Notes under the pieces: generated by a model
The model's input: only the letters and a program-made list of their open reading frames with translations
The model's database searches: none
Told to the model about the DNA's origin: nothing
Translations under genes and position numbers: made by a program
In this document: in pieces, positions 31,798 through 32,000 of the stretch
Layout: each line of letters begins with the position of its first letter
How positions within the stretch are numbered: position 1 is the first letter of the stretch
DNA from: Wallemia ichthyophaga EXF-994
Lineage: Eukaryota > Fungi > Basidiomycota
Reading direction: 5' to 3'
DNA length: 32,000 nucleotides
NCBI RefSeq assembly: GCF_000400465.1
Contig: NW_008806298.1
Span: 1 to 32,000, forward strand

Positions 31798-32000
31798 CTA
31801 CTGATTACCACCAGCACCAGCCGCTTCTTTCTCCTTCTCCTCCCTCATCTCAGTTTCTTGGTCTGGCGTAGCCGGGATATCAAATCTGTCTCTGACCTTC
31901 TCGAACTCTTTAAGCATCTTTCTGCGTGCACCCACAGCTGCTACACCCTTTGCTTCCAAATCTGCTCCACACATATTCACCATTTCCTTCCAGTTCGACT
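31798..32000 (-). CDS. VTS1: 3' end of a SAM-domain RNA-binding protein (Vts1/Smaug-like); runs off the window
   Basis: NWKEMVNM..ADLEAKGVAAVGARRKMLKEFE matches the Vts1 SAM C-terminal signature. Confidence 0.8.
   Translation of the reverse strand, partial: SNWKEMVNMCGADLEAKGVAAVGARRKMLKEFEKVRDRFDIPATPDQETEMREEKEKEAAGAGGNQ

Noticed and set aside
1-32000. Mobile elements, CRISPR arrays and rRNA genes
   Set aside because: I found no transposase/RT/integrase motifs, terminal repeats, repeat-spacer arrays or rRNA-like sequence.

Overview
This is compact, gene-dense fungal genomic DNA. Introns are very short (43-64 nt; 42 predicted by hand in protein genes), intergenic spacers are tiny, and the protein sequences look basidiomycete-like. 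A Wallemia-type genome is my inference, not something the sequence shows. The window holds one tRNA-Ile(AAT) gene with a 7-nt intron and 17 supported protein genes, in order: Ytp1/DUF2427 membrane protein, conserved hypothetical protein, PDX2/SNO, PKA regulatory subunit, ASH2/BRE2, TOS4/PLM2-like FHA protein, 2OG-Fe(II) oxygenase, GPP-type HAD phosphatase, SPT6, DUF866/CZIB, ATO acetate transporter, PHO85, SPP1, LSM1, MBOAT/wax-synthase-like acyltransferase, MPP10 and MEMO1. These are followed by a free-standing DUF2156 protein and the 3' end of VTS1. The best candidate for an unusual system is the stand-alone DUF2156 aminoacyl-tRNA transferase, which resembles the ErdS transferase domain but lacks the AspRS domain. 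Other notable points: an oxygenase with no usable AUG; head-to-head start codons 21 bp apart; a PKA-R without a D/D domain; an MCB cluster upstream of TOS4; a WG/TP-repeat tail on Spt6; a polyQ extension on Lsm1; an RRxS-rich insert in GPP; and two cryptic spliced micro-ORFs. All gene models are manual reconstructions and all family calls come from motif recognition, not database searches. I saw no mobile elements, CRISPR arrays or rRNA genes.
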